DNA from: Octopus sinensis
Lineage: Eukaryota
Direction: 5' to 3'
Length of the DNA: 64,000 bases
Assembly (NCBI RefSeq): GCF_006345805.1
Contig: NC_043009.1
Span: forward strand, 28,644,001-28,708,000
The notes beneath the pieces were generated by a model that had not been told where the DNA came from, ran no database searches, and worked only from the letters and a program-made list of their open reading frames with translations. Both the position numbers and the translations under genes were made by a program. The stretch's first letter is position 1. The number at the start of each line of letters is the position of its first letter. Positions 1 through 11,781 of this stretch are shown here, piece after piece.

Positions 1-240
1 AGGAAACCTGCCCTGTGTGGCGGTAATTGCCGTTTTTGTGGATCTGTTTCAGCTTTTTTAGCGATTTCTGTTTTGGCGACTTCTAGCCATGAAGTCGTTG
101 TTCTAAAAGAACGCTGGTCTCCTTGACAACGCTTTACGACGTTGATTTCCCTACCCTGCCTTCCCCACAGCTTCACGAGGGAGGGAAGAAGGGGAGGAGC
201 TACACAGGTGCAGGTGTGAGCATGAACGGCAATGCCGCCA
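1..240. repeat. Segment homologous to 753-996 (same interspersed repeat, interrupted by a CAC microsatellite)
   Basis: GGAAACCT...GCCATGAAGTCGTTGTTCTAAAAGAA...CAGGTGCAGGTGTGAGCATG occurs at both loci with scattered substitutions. Confidence 0.8.
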
Positions 241-590
241 CCAACACACGAAAAAATTGGAAGAACCCAGACGACAGCTTCAGCCACCACCACCACCACC
301 ACCACGACCAACACCATCACCACTACCACCATGACCACCACCACCACTACACCCATGACCATGACCACCACCATCACGAAGACCACCACGACCACCAACA
401 CGACCACCATCATCCCCACGACCACCACCACCACCATCATCACCACCCCCACCACGACGACGACCACCACCACCACCAACAACAACAACACCACCACCAC
501 CACCACAAACACGACGACCACCAAGACCACGACCACCATCACCACTACCAGCACCACCGCTGCCACTACCACCGCCTCCACCACCACCAT
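241..590. repeat. Degenerate (CAC/GAC)n microsatellite
   Basis: Visible trinucleotide tract; source of the poly-His and poly-Thr ORFs. Confidence 0.95.
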
Positions 591-752
591 ACTATGCCTC
601 TGCTCTCTCCTTTTGGCTACTAAATCCATTACCATATTTCACAAGTACCATCGCCATACAATATTGCCTTCAAAAGTTTGTGTTTGGATAATATTTTTTA
701 AGTAAAAGTTGTGCAACAACTATAACATTCGGTTGTGCAAATTATTTGCACG

Positions 753-1225
753 GGAAACCTTCCCTGTGTGGTGTGTTTCCCGATTTTATAGAATTTGCTT
801 TCAGGGTTTCTTAGCCATTTCTGTTTTGGTGTCTTCAAGCCATGAAGTCGTTGTTCTAAAAGAATGCTGGTCTCCTTGACAACGTTTTACGACGTTGATT
901 TCCTTACACTCCCTTCCTCACAGCTTCACGAGGGAGGGAAGAAGGGGGAGAAGCAACACAGGTGCAGGTGTGAGCATGGACGCCAACTCCGCCGCCTTCC
1001 CTTTATTTTAAAAATATGCGTTAAAATGGAAAAAAATTATGGTAAATTATTTTTAAAATCGTAGACTCATCGTAGACGCGTGCTAATACTCAGACGGGCT
1101 CGATATGAATCACGACTATAAGATACCCGAATTTGGTGAAACTGCACCGCAAAATGTGGGAGTAGTTAGGAATCTAAATCGTAGGAGACAGACACTCACA
1201 CAACTTCACTTTTATATATATAGAT
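753..1225 (+). mobile_element. Possible non-autonomous Helitron-like element, 3' part
   Basis: Second copy of the 1-240 segment, ending in ...CACACAACTTCACTTTTATATATATAGAT. This terminus resembles non-autonomous Helitron-like families (recalled resemblance only). Confidence 0.35.
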
Positions 1226-1282
<57 letters not shown>

Positions 1283-1999
1283 TGTAAAACATTTACATAT
1301 ATGTGTGTCTTTTTATGTGTATATTGTATACACATATACACACCGGACGTTAAATGATGATGATGATGATGATGATATATATTTATTTATTTATTTATAT
1401 ATATATAACCACACAGTTATATCCACATTTGATTGGCACTCGTAAGTTAAAGACGATTAAATATTAAATATCATCCAAATAAAGGTTTTCATAAATCGCT
1501 CTTTTGCTTGAATCTGCACATCAGCAGATTGAAGAAATTTATTAACAACAGTTAAAATATGTTTGTCACACTGTCAGGTGATCATCAGTGATTTTGACAT
1601 CAATGCCTTTACATTGTGCATGTCGTAGGTTTCTTTTAAAATTTGCTGTTTGAAATTATCAGAATATATTTAAAAGAAGACGATAAAGCATGCAGTTGAT
1701 GAAATACTGAGCTCTTCTCTGTAAAACTTAGATAACTAGATAAAAGTATTGCGTACCATAGTGATATTACCAAGAATAAAATTCTGCCAAACTGCCAGGG
1801 ACTTACAGAGCATCTTCAAATGTTTTCTTTAACATGAACAAAAGAGCTCGTTCATTCCATAACAATCACCTGTTGAATACCATATGAGTTTTAGAATATA
1901 TTCTTGAGATCAAGACGTAACAGTTAGCTGAGACGCTATAATTATATTAATTAATATGGGTGATAATATTTAAGGCAACAGAGTATATATATATATATC

Positions 2000-2148
2000 C
2001 AGGCGAAGTGCTTAGTGGTATTTCGTCTGTCTTTACATTCTGAGTTCAAATTCCACCAAGGTCGACTTTGCTTTTCATACTTATGAGGTTGATAAATTAA
2101 ATACCAGTTGTATACTGGGGTCAATCTAATCGACTGGCTCCCACCCCC
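2000..2148 (+). mobile_element. tRNA-derived SINE, family 2 (5'-truncated)
   Basis: GTTCAAATTCC B-box followed by GGTCGACTTTGC(C)TTTCAT core, shared with more than 10 copies in the window. Confidence 0.8.
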
Positions 2149-2154
2149 ATATAT

Positions 2155-2520
2155 ATGGCTATGTGATAAGAAGCTTGCTTCCCAGTGATATGGTTCTAGG
2201 TTCAGTCCCATTGTGCAGCACCTTCGTAGAAACTGAAAAAAGCCTGTCGTATATATGCACATATATATTTGTGTATTTGTGTGTCTGTCTGTCTTTGTGT
2301 CAGTGTTTGTCCCCCACGACCTCTCGACAACCAGTGTTGCTATGTTTGCATCCCCATAACTTAGCAGTTCAGCAAAGGAAACCAATGGAATGAATGCCAG
2401 GCTTGTGAAAAGTAAATACTGGGGTTGATACAATTGACTAAAAATTCTTGAAGGTGGTGCCCCAGCATGGCCACAGTCTAATGAATGAAACAAGTAAAAA
2501 GTAAAAGATAAAGAATAAAT
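2155..2520 (+). mobile_element. tRNA-derived SINE, family 1 (degenerate)
   Basis: Head GGCTATGTGATAAGAAGCTTGC..GGTTCAGTCCCA and tail CCCCAGCATGGCCACAGTC..GAAACAAGTAAAA match the 11280-11672 copy. Confidence 0.8.
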
Positions 2521-2582
2521 ACACACAAACACACACACATGCATAAAGATTATCTATCTTTATGTATATATGTGTGTGTGTA

Positions 2583-2620
<38 letters not shown>

Positions 2621-2622
<2 letters not shown>

Positions 2623-2845
2623 TTCTTTATTGCCCACAAGGGGCTAAACGTAGAGGGGAGAAACAAGGACAGACAAAAGGACTAAGTCGATTATATCGAC
2701 CCCAGTGCATAACTGGTACGTATTTAATCGACCCAGAAAGGATGAAAGGCAAAGTCGACCTCGGCGGAATTTGAGCTCAGAACATAGTGGCAGACGAAAT
2801 ACTGTTAAGCATTTCGCCTGGCGTGCTAATGATTCTGCCAATTTG
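2621..2845 (-). mobile_element. SINE family 2
   Basis: GATGAAAGGCAAAGTCGACCTCGGCGGAATTTGA is the reverse complement of the family core and B-box. Confidence 0.85.
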
Positions 2846-2857
2846 CAACATATATAT

Positions 2858-3051
2858 TCAAAATGTGACTGCATGTGTACCGTTGGCGATTTTTTCCCTC
2901 TGTCTTTCCTTTTCCTATGTTTCTGATGAAGAACTCCGCTCTAAACATTAAACCCTCCTTCTATCCTTCTTTCCAGAGCGTCCAATAACACTATACTTGT
3001 TCCACATCCTCGCATTGTTGTGTTTTCTCTTTGTGCTTTCATGTTTGGATT

Positions 3052-3092
<41 letters not shown>
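2858..3092 (+). mobile_element. Short solo PLE pseudo-LTR-like unit carrying a decayed hammerhead
   Basis: TTT-CTGATGA-A-GAAC-TCC-GCTC-TAAACATT-AAA at 2920-2952. Flanked by (TA)n/(CT)n, with the same layout as 51600-51795. Confidence 0.5.
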
Positions 3093-3093
<1 letters not shown>

Positions 3094-3117
3094 ATATATA
3101 TATATATACATATCTAA

Positions 3118-3437
3118 GACTCCGCCGGTTACGACGACGAGGGTCCAGCTGATACGATCAACGGAACAGCTTGCTCGTGAAATTAACGTGCAAATGGCTG
3201 AGCATTCCACAGACACGTGTACCCTTAACGTAGTTCTCGGGGATAATCAGCGTGACACAGAGAGTGACAAGGCTGACCCTTTGAAATACAAGTACAACTC
3301 ATTTTTGCCAGCTGAGTGGACTGGAGCAACGTGAAATAAAGTGTCTTGCTCAAGGACACAACGCGTCGCCGGGAATCGAACTCACAACCTTACGATCATG
3401 AGCCGAATGCCCTAACCACTAAGCCACGCGCCCTCAC
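3118..3437 (-). mobile_element. tRNA-derived SINE, family 3
   Basis: Minus strand reads GTGAGGGCGCGTGGCTTAGTGGTTAGGGC...GAGTTCGATTCCCGG...GTGTCCTTGAGCAAGACAC (A and B boxes plus body). Confidence 0.85.
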
Positions 3438-3789
3438 TATATACATATATATATACACACACACACATATATATATATGTGTGTGTGTGTGTGTATGTAT
3501 GGTTCTACACTCAACTCAATTGTGCTAGTGATGCTTAGGCTTCTGAGAAACACAGGAAGATCAAATACAGAAGTATGTGATTAAGAAGTGAACTTGTCCT
3601 CCACAGCTCTTAAACACAACCCCCCTATGATCACATTTATGTGTGTGTATGAGACTGTATCACTATACAGACCAGACTATGAGATGTCAAACACTGCTGA
3701 TCACAATGTACTTTGCTGTGTTTTAACTTTCGAACAATGGCACGCCACTCGCTAAGTGGGGAGGCCTGTCCATCACAGAGTTACCTGTT

Positions 3790-3925
3790 TTACAGCTGAC
3801 TGAAGTGGTACAACATCAAATGAAGTGTTTTGCTCAAGAACACAGCACACTACTGTGTGGGAATTGAAACTGTGATCTAATGATCAGGAGTGCAATATCT
3901 TAACCTCTAGGCTATGCACCTTCAC
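3790..3925 (-). mobile_element. SINE family 3, degenerate head
   Basis: GTGTTTTGCTCAAGAACACA...GGGAATTGAA resembles 3340-3437. Confidence 0.6.
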
Positions 3926-5346
3926 ACACACATATGTGCATGTACACACATATGTGCATGCACATATATGCTTTTTTGTACATCAAAAACATAGAAAGAA
4001 TGTACTTACATTCTAAATATTTTTCTCACAGCAGGGCTTTCAAATATCAAAATCTATTTGTGATATAGTACTACTGGTTTATGCTATATTGCACACAAAA
4101 TACATATAGTTTACTTAAAGACAATCCATCAAAAGTACCAATACACCAATGAAGCTATTCACCAACAGGACACCTTGATTAAGATCGCCTTATATATCAG
4201 CTGAACCTTCTGTGTTACAGATAAGGAGGAACAAAACCAGGTTTGTCTACTCTGAGGAGTAACAAGCAAATTGTGAAACGGGCTATCAAGAAACACTGCA
4301 TTCTTTATCCCACACATCAAAAAGCAAGGAAAAACACCTGTTTACATTCAAAATATTTTTCTCACCACTAGGCTTTAATATTTTAACTTATTTCTTTCAT
4401 TCAGATTCATGTTGTATTGTGCATAAGATATATTTTGCAGTCTCTAAATGATATGAATAATAATATACAATGCTTACATTTATTTAATATGTGCTATAGA
4501 TATTTTTCAGTCAGAAGAGCTTAGAAAATAATGCAGCGAAATCTGAATGTAAACCCAGTCTCACTGCATCTCGCATCCTTCAGTTATAATAATATTTCAA
4601 ACACCAAAATACTTTAGTGCCACACAGGCTCAAAGCTATGCCGATTTTCTGGAGATTGATATCCAGGAATTGATTTATCTTACTTGTCTTTGTTCTTCCT
4701 ACCTATTAGTTATGATATATTGTCTATTGGTGTCGAAGTGAGAAACTTTTTGTAGTGTTTGTGGTGACCTGTTCTATTTATGCTTACGTCTGCTGGCACA
4801 AAATGGTAAATCTATAGTAGTATATAAATATTCCATGAATTCTCTACTCGCCTAGCAATGGGAATTCTTAAAGTGATGTTCAATGAAAATCCGAGTCGAT
4901 GCAGAAAAAAAAGAGGCTGAGAAATCCTTTCTTAGCCAATATCTTTCTTAATGCATTTTATTATCTCTTAACAAAGATATTTACTGGAAAATATGCTTTG
5001 AATTATTCCGAAAAATCTATCTGTCTTTCTCTTGGTCTACCTGTCTGTCTGCCTGTCTGTCTAACAATATTACCTGTTTGTCTTCCATCTCTCACTTTTT
5101 CTCTCACTCCCTTAGGTATATTTATACATGTATGTATACATATATATAATATAATATAATGTAATGTAATGTATGTATATATAATATACACACTCACACG
5201 CATGCATACAGAGAGAGAGAGAGAGTGAGCGAGTGAAAAGGAGAGAGAGAGAAAAAGAAATAGGGACAGAGCTATTTATTGCATTTTCCTTTTCTCTGTC
5301 CATCCTTCATTCACTCTCACAGTTACTCTCTTTTGTCCCTCTCTCT

Positions 5347-5391
<45 letters not shown>

Positions 5392-5535
5392 CACACGCAT
5401 GTGTGTGTGTCTTTCTGTCTGGCTACTTACATATATGTGTATATGTGTTTGCATGCATGTGTATGAGTGTTCATCTACATACATACATACATGTACGTAT
5501 GTATGTATGTATGTATCTATCTATCTCCCTATCTT

Positions 5536-5614
<79 letters not shown>

Positions 5615-6514
5615 GTCTGTCTATCTCTCCTCCTATCCTTAATTTATTTAGCCATCTCTCAGCCTAGAATCTCTCTTCTCTCTCATCTCTCTCTCTCCCT
5701 CTCTCAGTGTTCAAAAAGTAGTTTCCTCATAGATCGAACCAATTTTCTCAATTGATATGAAAACCAATAGACTGTCTTTTCTATTTAGCCAGCAGTGCTT
5801 CTTATGATTGCGATTGGTTTCAATCAGATATGAACAACAACACGCTGGCAAAGAGGCCATACATCATAATTTCATACAGCATTTACGAGGAGTACATTAT
5901 CACTATTACCACCAACACCGTCGTTGCCTTCTTCACCAAGCATCATCACCACCATCATCACTACCATAAACCTCATCATTGGATCTATTTTTATTATCAC
6001 GATATCATCATCATTTAGACTATTTTCTGCTGTTAGCATCAGTTAGTGATATGTTGGTCTTCCAAGTAAATAATTAGCTGAGATAAGCAGTAGACTTTCA
6101 TCCTACGCTGGCTTAGCCCACAAAATCTTGGCCTTTTCAGTAGATGTTCACTCTTTCCTAGCTTAATCAACAAACGGTTCTCCTCTCCACTTCTAGTTTA
6201 TGGGTAAGGATTTTGCCTGGATCGCTTATGAGTGAATTCCCTTCTTATCATCAAGAAATATGAGGTTGTTGGTCCAATGTATTTTGTATCAAAGAGGGAA
6301 AAAATATCTGTTTTATGTCTTTCAAGGGGTAAGTTACTGTCTGGTATGATAAATCATTATTGGGGAGGGAAAGTTAATAAAAAAGATAGTATCATAAAAT
6401 ACTGATGTGTTTAACATTTACAATGTCCATTCACATGTGGCACGGCACCAGTTTTAATATTTGGTTTAAGGAAAAAATCCCACTCAAAGTGAGTTGTGCT
6501 TTTTATGTGCCACC

Positions 6515-6918
6515 AGCACAGGGGCCAGAGTGGCTGGCATCGACCATGATCGGATGGTGATTTTTACAGGCCACTGGCACGGAAGCCAGTCAAAGTGGCT
6601 CTGGCATCAGCCATGCTCAGATGGTGTTTTTTACGTGCTACTGGCATGGAGCTCACAACTACAATTTCCATTTAATTTGATTTTGATATTGCTGATGTTG
6701 ATGTAGTTGATTCAATAGGTCTCCTCAACCACAGCATGTCACCCTACAATCCAAGGGCTGGTTATGCAACACTGGTGTAGGTTACAGCTGTAGACTCACT
6801 TTATTTGCCTGATCTTCTCAGTCAGAGCATACCTCCTGAGGTCTCGGTTTTTTGTCATTGCCTCTGTGAGGCCCAACGTTCGAAGGTCATGCTTCATCAC
6901 CTCATCCCATGTCTTCCT
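6515..6918 (-). mobile_element. SINE family 4 / RTE-like LINE 3' fragment
   Basis: Carries the GTGCCAC..GGCAC..GGATGGTG..TTTTAC unit seen at 47020-47613 and GTGAGGCCCAAC shared with 60615-60665. Confidence 0.55.
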
Positions 6919-7200
6919 GGCTCTCCCTCATATATGTGTGTGTGTGTGTGTGTGTGTCTATGTATGTAAATATAGAAGAGGGTAGGGAATGGAAAAGGTA
7001 AATCCAGACTAGAAATAGTTCCAATCCAATCTGAACATGTCTTATGTAACTCGCAAGACAAATAATAAAGATTGTCTTTTCTTCTGGTCTAATTACCTGT
7101 AGTTGTCCTTAGTTTCAAAGAGAGAAGTAAATATAATTTACCAATTCAGCCCCACAGAAGAATGGTAGGTGGAAACAGCTAGATCAAAGAACCAATGAAA

Positions 7201-7234
<34 letters not shown>

Positions 7235-7447
7235 GTGAAATAGAAAGATGAATAATCTTGTAGTAGATTAATCAAAAGTTTAACCGATACCTTAGTAGCA
7301 AAAATCACAGCAGTGAACAGCACGGTTGGAGGTACAACCATCTGGCGTTGCAACCGTGCGTTGGTGCGGATAATTGAAATTAAAACATTATTGGTGAATT
7401 GAAGAAATGGAGCTGAACGCAGATTGAACAGAAATCGTTTTATTTCA

Positions 7448-7527
7448 TTCTACACGTGTTTCGAAAGGCACAAATTACCAAAATCCGATTGAATAATGGG
7501 ACCATATTGTGTCTTTCTCTTCAGGAA
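7448..7527 (-). ncRNA. Minimal type I hammerhead ribozyme motif
   Basis: Reverse complement of 9062-9141; core intact. Confidence 0.75.
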
Positions 7528-8134
7528 GAAAAAAGGAAATCCGTTGGAAAAACAAAAACAGAACAGAGGCAGAGCAAAAACAAATCGAACTGTGCTCCTA
7601 AGAGCCCATGGCGAAACTGTTTATCAGTGTATGTTGAGAACCGGTGGCTGAAGAATTCAACAGGTCAGGCATCGGTCAATCATGTGGGTGAGGGTGTATA
7701 TATGTTCTTTGTGACCGAGAATAAAGTTCTGACTATTTAAAGAATATTGGATGTTTTATAAGGGGCGAGAAAAAATCTACTAGAGACGTGTGTGTGTGTA
7801 TACTGTTCTATATATGTGTGTGTGGCGTAGGGGTAGAAAACATTTTTTGTGTACGTGTGTGCGTTTGATCGTTCGGCTGTCAGTGGCTACTGCCGTGATA
7901 ACCGTTGGGTGGCAGAAAGAAAAAAATAAAGAAATTATATATATATATTATGTTTTATGTGTGTGTGTGAGTGTTCATCTAAGCCTGCCTTGACAAGGAA
8001 ACCCCCGCTGTGAAAAAACAAGCCCCGTTTGTCTTACAGGAGTAATTTCCCTTGCAGTGGTTAATTGTAGATATCTTAAAATCTATTTCAGAATTGTTAC
8101 CAAGGGCTATGGGTGCTGGTCTTATTTATAAACG

Positions 8135-8312
8135 CTATTTAAAGGCCAGATAAGTGTAACGCCGCCAATGGGGGCATCGAAAAGCCGACTGTAAGAGCCC
8201 GTTTACCATCCGGCCTCTGGCAAAAAAATATGGAAGAGTTCGGAGACACAAAGGTTGCACTGTCTTCTGCCCCTATCAAATGGGAGGGCCACCGACAAAT
8301 TGACCATTTGAT
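8135..8312 (-). pseudogene. PLE GIY-YIG endonuclease C-terminal remnant (left arm plus loop)
   Basis: With one T restored in the loop homopolymer it reads IKWSILSVALPFDRGRRQCNLCVSELFHI, matching the PLE tail pattern I.W.IL..A.PY....CxLCx.E (recalled consensus). Confidence 0.7.
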
Positions 8313-8465
8313 AGGGGCAGAAGACAGTGCAACCTTTGTGTCTCCGAACTCTTCCATATTTTGTTTGCCAGAGGCCGGATGGTAAACGGGCTCTTACAGT
8401 CGGCTTTTCGATGCCCCCATTGGCGGCGTTACACTTATCTGGCCTTAAATAGCGTTTATAAATAA
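8304..8465 (+). pseudogene. PLE GIY-YIG endonuclease C-terminal remnant (right arm)
   Basis: Reads PFDRGRRQCNLCVSELFHILFARGRMVNGLLQSAFRCPHWRRYTYLALNSVYK-stop, with CxxC then N..C.H. Confidence 0.7.
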
Positions 8466-9061
8466 GACCAGCACCCATAGCCCTTGGTAACAAATTCTGA
8501 AATAGATTTAAGATATCTACAATTAACCACTGCAAGGGAAATTACTCCTTAAGACAAACGGGGCTTGTTTTTTCACAGCGGGGGGTTTCCTTGTCAAGGC
8601 AGGCTAGATGAACACTCACACACACACACATAAAACATAATATATATATATAATTTCTTTATTTTTTTTCTTTCTGCCACCCAACGGTTATCACGGCAGT
8701 AGCCACTGACAGCCGAACGATCAAACGCACACACGTACACAAAAAAATGTGTTCTACCCCTACGCCAACACACACATATATAGAACAGTATACACACACA
8801 CACGTCTCTAAGTAGATTTTTTCTCGCCCCTTATAAAACATCCAATATTCTTTAAATAGTCAGAACTTTATCTCGGTCACAAAGAACATATATACACCCT
8901 CACCCACATGATTGACCGATGCCTGACCTGTTGATTCTTCAGCCACCGGTTCTCAACATACACTGATAAACAGTTTCGCCATGGGCTTTAGGAGCACAGT
9001 TCGATTGTTTTTTGCTCTGCCTCTGTTCTGTTTTTGTTTTTCCAACGGATTTCCTTTTTTC

Positions 9062-9141
9062 TTCCTGAAGAGAAAGACACAATATGGTCCCATTATTCAA
9101 TCGGATTTTGGTAATTTGTGCCTTTCGAAACACGTGTAGAA
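9062..9141 (+). ncRNA. Minimal type I hammerhead ribozyme motif
   Basis: TTC | CTGAAGA | GAAAG...CTTTC stem II | GAA | ACACGTGT palindrome | A | GAA. Predicted cleavage after GUA at 9138. Confidence 0.75.
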
Positions 9142-9387
9142 TGAAATAAAACGATTTCTGTTCAATCTGCGTTCAGCTCCATTTCTTCAATTCACCATAA
9201 TGTTTTATATATTATAATATATATATATATATATATTATATATGTATTATATATTTATGTATATGAAATTCATATATATATATATTCATATTATATATAT
9301 ATATATGAAATTCATACATATATATGTAGGTATGTGCATATATGTATGTATATATGCATATATTTATATATTATTACATATATAATA

Positions 9388-9420
<33 letters not shown>

Positions 9421-11279
9421 AATGCATACATGCATAATACTATACAAAATGGAACTGTCCAGTTACTTCTTAAGGAGTTGTTGGATTACCAGTGACAGTT
9501 AAAGGATCTTTATTCATTGTGGATTAGTTTGTTGGATCACACCTATTTTTCACTTTCTGTTTCTTGCTTTGAAGTGATCTAGCACTCTTATTTTATCTAC
9601 TTGTCTTTCTTCCTCTCAAAGATTGTGTAACGATGAGTCAGAGATAAAGGAGGCAGGTATGTGTGGAAGTAGGAGAAAAAGACAGTGTGGGAGAATAAAA
9701 ATATCGAGAAAGAAGAAAGTGAGACAAGTGAGAATATTCTTTCATTTTTTTCAGTTCAGTTTAAACGATGGTTATGATATATGTAAATATACGTCAATAG
9801 GTATGCTTGCATTTGTAATTACATTTTCTTTAAAAAATTTAAACAGTAGCATTTCAAATTTTACGAATGTAAAAGAATATGCTAATGATGACTTACTTTT
9901 CTTGTTTTACTGGCATATGTTAGAGAAGTATGTCAAGGAATATTTATACGTTCTTTAGAATTAATAACATTTCATTGTCCCTGTCTGTTTTTCTGAGGAA
10001 ATATAAAGATTATTATTTCATTATCTACTAGCAGTTTGAAAATATTTTATTGCACAAAGTAAAGAACAGATTTCCACATGCTAATGTTCTGTAAAATGTT
10101 GTCGTATATATTTGTTCTTTCTTGATAAATATTGGCACATAAATTCAGGAAAATCGTTTGGGACCAAGTCTAACAGTTTAACAGTCTTCAGAGGGAGACA
10201 GCGAAATATTTACGCAATAAATTTGGCTCAGATATATGTGACATAAAGGAATTACAATTTTTAAATTACTTCAACTTCAAAAAGTCAAACGATGATTGGA
10301 AGTTTGTGCACAGGAGCCATTAAATTCAGCAGCAATAGTGTAAATGAAAAAGATGAAAATGTAGTTTCAATAAAGAAACTAACGAGGCATTAAAATCTGC
10401 AGCAGTAATTTTAATGATAACACAAAAAGGAAAAACATTTGGGACTGTGTAAAGTCAATAATGTCTAGGAACTAATGCCTTATTGTATGATTTATTGAGT
10501 GTGTGTTTCGTTGTATTTAGTAAAAATTAATATTCAGTATATTTTAGAAATTACCGTTTCCATTCAAGGTGGAATCTTCAATGAAAGTTGACAGATTTAA
10601 TAAAAAATAAAGATATTTCACAGTAAAAGCTGTTATGTGTGTGTGTGTGTGTGTGTGCGTGCGTGTGTGTGTGTGCATGTGTGTGTGTGTGTTTGTGTAC
10701 ATGTGTGTGTGTATGTCTGTGTCTGAGCATGTATGCATGCTTGTGTGTGCATGTATATGTGTGTTTGTTTGTGTGTGTGTGTGTGCATGTGTGTGTGCGT
10801 GTATGTGTGTACGTGTGTGTATGAATGCATATAAATGTACATATATGTATGTGCGTATATAATATATATATATATATCGAAAGAGAGGGAGGGAAGGAGA
10901 ATGAATGATAGATAAAATGATGGATAGAGATAAATAAATAGATGCTTATATATATGTGTGTGTGTGTGTTTGTATATGTATGTGTGTGTTTGTATATGTA
11001 TGTGTGTGTAATTGTGTAGTTATATACACACATATTTATATGTGTGTGAATGTATGCGTACAGACTTTTCTAATGTAAAAGAAAAAATACAGAAAGTGCT
11101 TGTATCAAGTCTTTGAGGAAGAAAAGTTAGAAAGTGATAGAGAAAGAATCGATGAAAGAGATAGAAAGAGAAGAAATAGGGAAAGAGAGAATGGTGGAAT
11201 AAGTAAAAGAGATTTAAAGAAAATGGAAAATATAAGCCAAGTGTGGGAAAGATAAGAGAACCACTGCAAGTCTACTCTC

Positions 11280-11672
11280 TTTACTCTTTTACTCTTTTAC
11301 TTGTTTCAGTCATTTGACTGCAGCCATGCTGGAGCACCGCCTTTTAGTTGAGCAAATCGACCCCAGGGCTTATTCTTTGTAAGCCTAGTACTTATTCTAT
11401 CGGTCTCTTTTGCCGAACCACTAAGTGACGGGGACATAAACATACCAGCATCAAGGGACAAACACAGACACACAAACACACACACGCATATATATATATA
11501 CATATATACGACAGGCTTCTTTCAGTTTCCGTCTACCAAATCCACTCACAAGGCTTTGGATGGCTCGAGTCTATAGTAGAAGACACTTTTCCAAGATGCC
11601 ACGCAGTGGGACTGAACCCAGAACCATGTGGTTGGTAAGCAAGCTACTTACCACACAGCCACTCCTGCGCCT
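11280..11672 (-). mobile_element. SINE family 1, full length
   Basis: tRNA-like head AGGCGCAGGAGTGGCTGTGTGGTAAG...GGTTCAGTCCCAC and (AGTAAAAG)n tail. Confidence 0.9.
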
Positions 11673-11781
11673 ACGTCACATTTCTAAGTGAAATTGGCTT
11701 CAAATTTTGGTACAAGACAAGCAATTTTGGGTTAAAGGTTAAGTCAATTATATCAACCCCAGTGTATAACTGGTACTTATT

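Larger units (their letters stand above)
7233..9207. mobile_element. Fold-back Penelope-like retroelement (ORF 3' end, 3' UTR and pseudo-LTR duplicated in inverted orientation), inserted in (TA)n
   Basis: Arms 7381-8283 and 8304-9207 are near-identical reverse complements around a 20-nt loop. Each arm has a hammerhead and the PLE endonuclease C-terminal motif. (TA)n lies on both sides. Confidence 0.85.

Noticed and set aside
123-705. Poly-His and poly-Thr ORFs (166 and 157 aa)
   Set aside because: Translations of a (CAC)n tract. The same applies to nearly all YI/CV/TH/poly-X ORFs in the track.
1650-1869. Minus-strand exon pair with a neat ~80-nt GTAAGT..TTTTACAG intron (LLWNERALLFMLKKTFEDAL / EELSISS..)
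   Set aside because: All three frames of the 63-nt exon contain a stop after the only acceptor, and I recognise no homology.
3360-3437. tRNA-like sequence with a CAT loop, and similar heads at 51015, 61235 and 11600-11672
   Set aside because: No closing acceptor stem; each runs into a repeated SINE body, so these are SINE heads rather than tRNA genes.
4250-4295. CTGAGGA...GAAAC spacing suggestive of a hammerhead
   Set aside because: No pairing stems I or III and no UH site.
8284-8303. Palindrome loop as a missed sequencing adapter
   Set aside because: It does not resemble the SMRTbell adapter and reads as PLE coding sequence. A chimeric origin still needs a read-level check.
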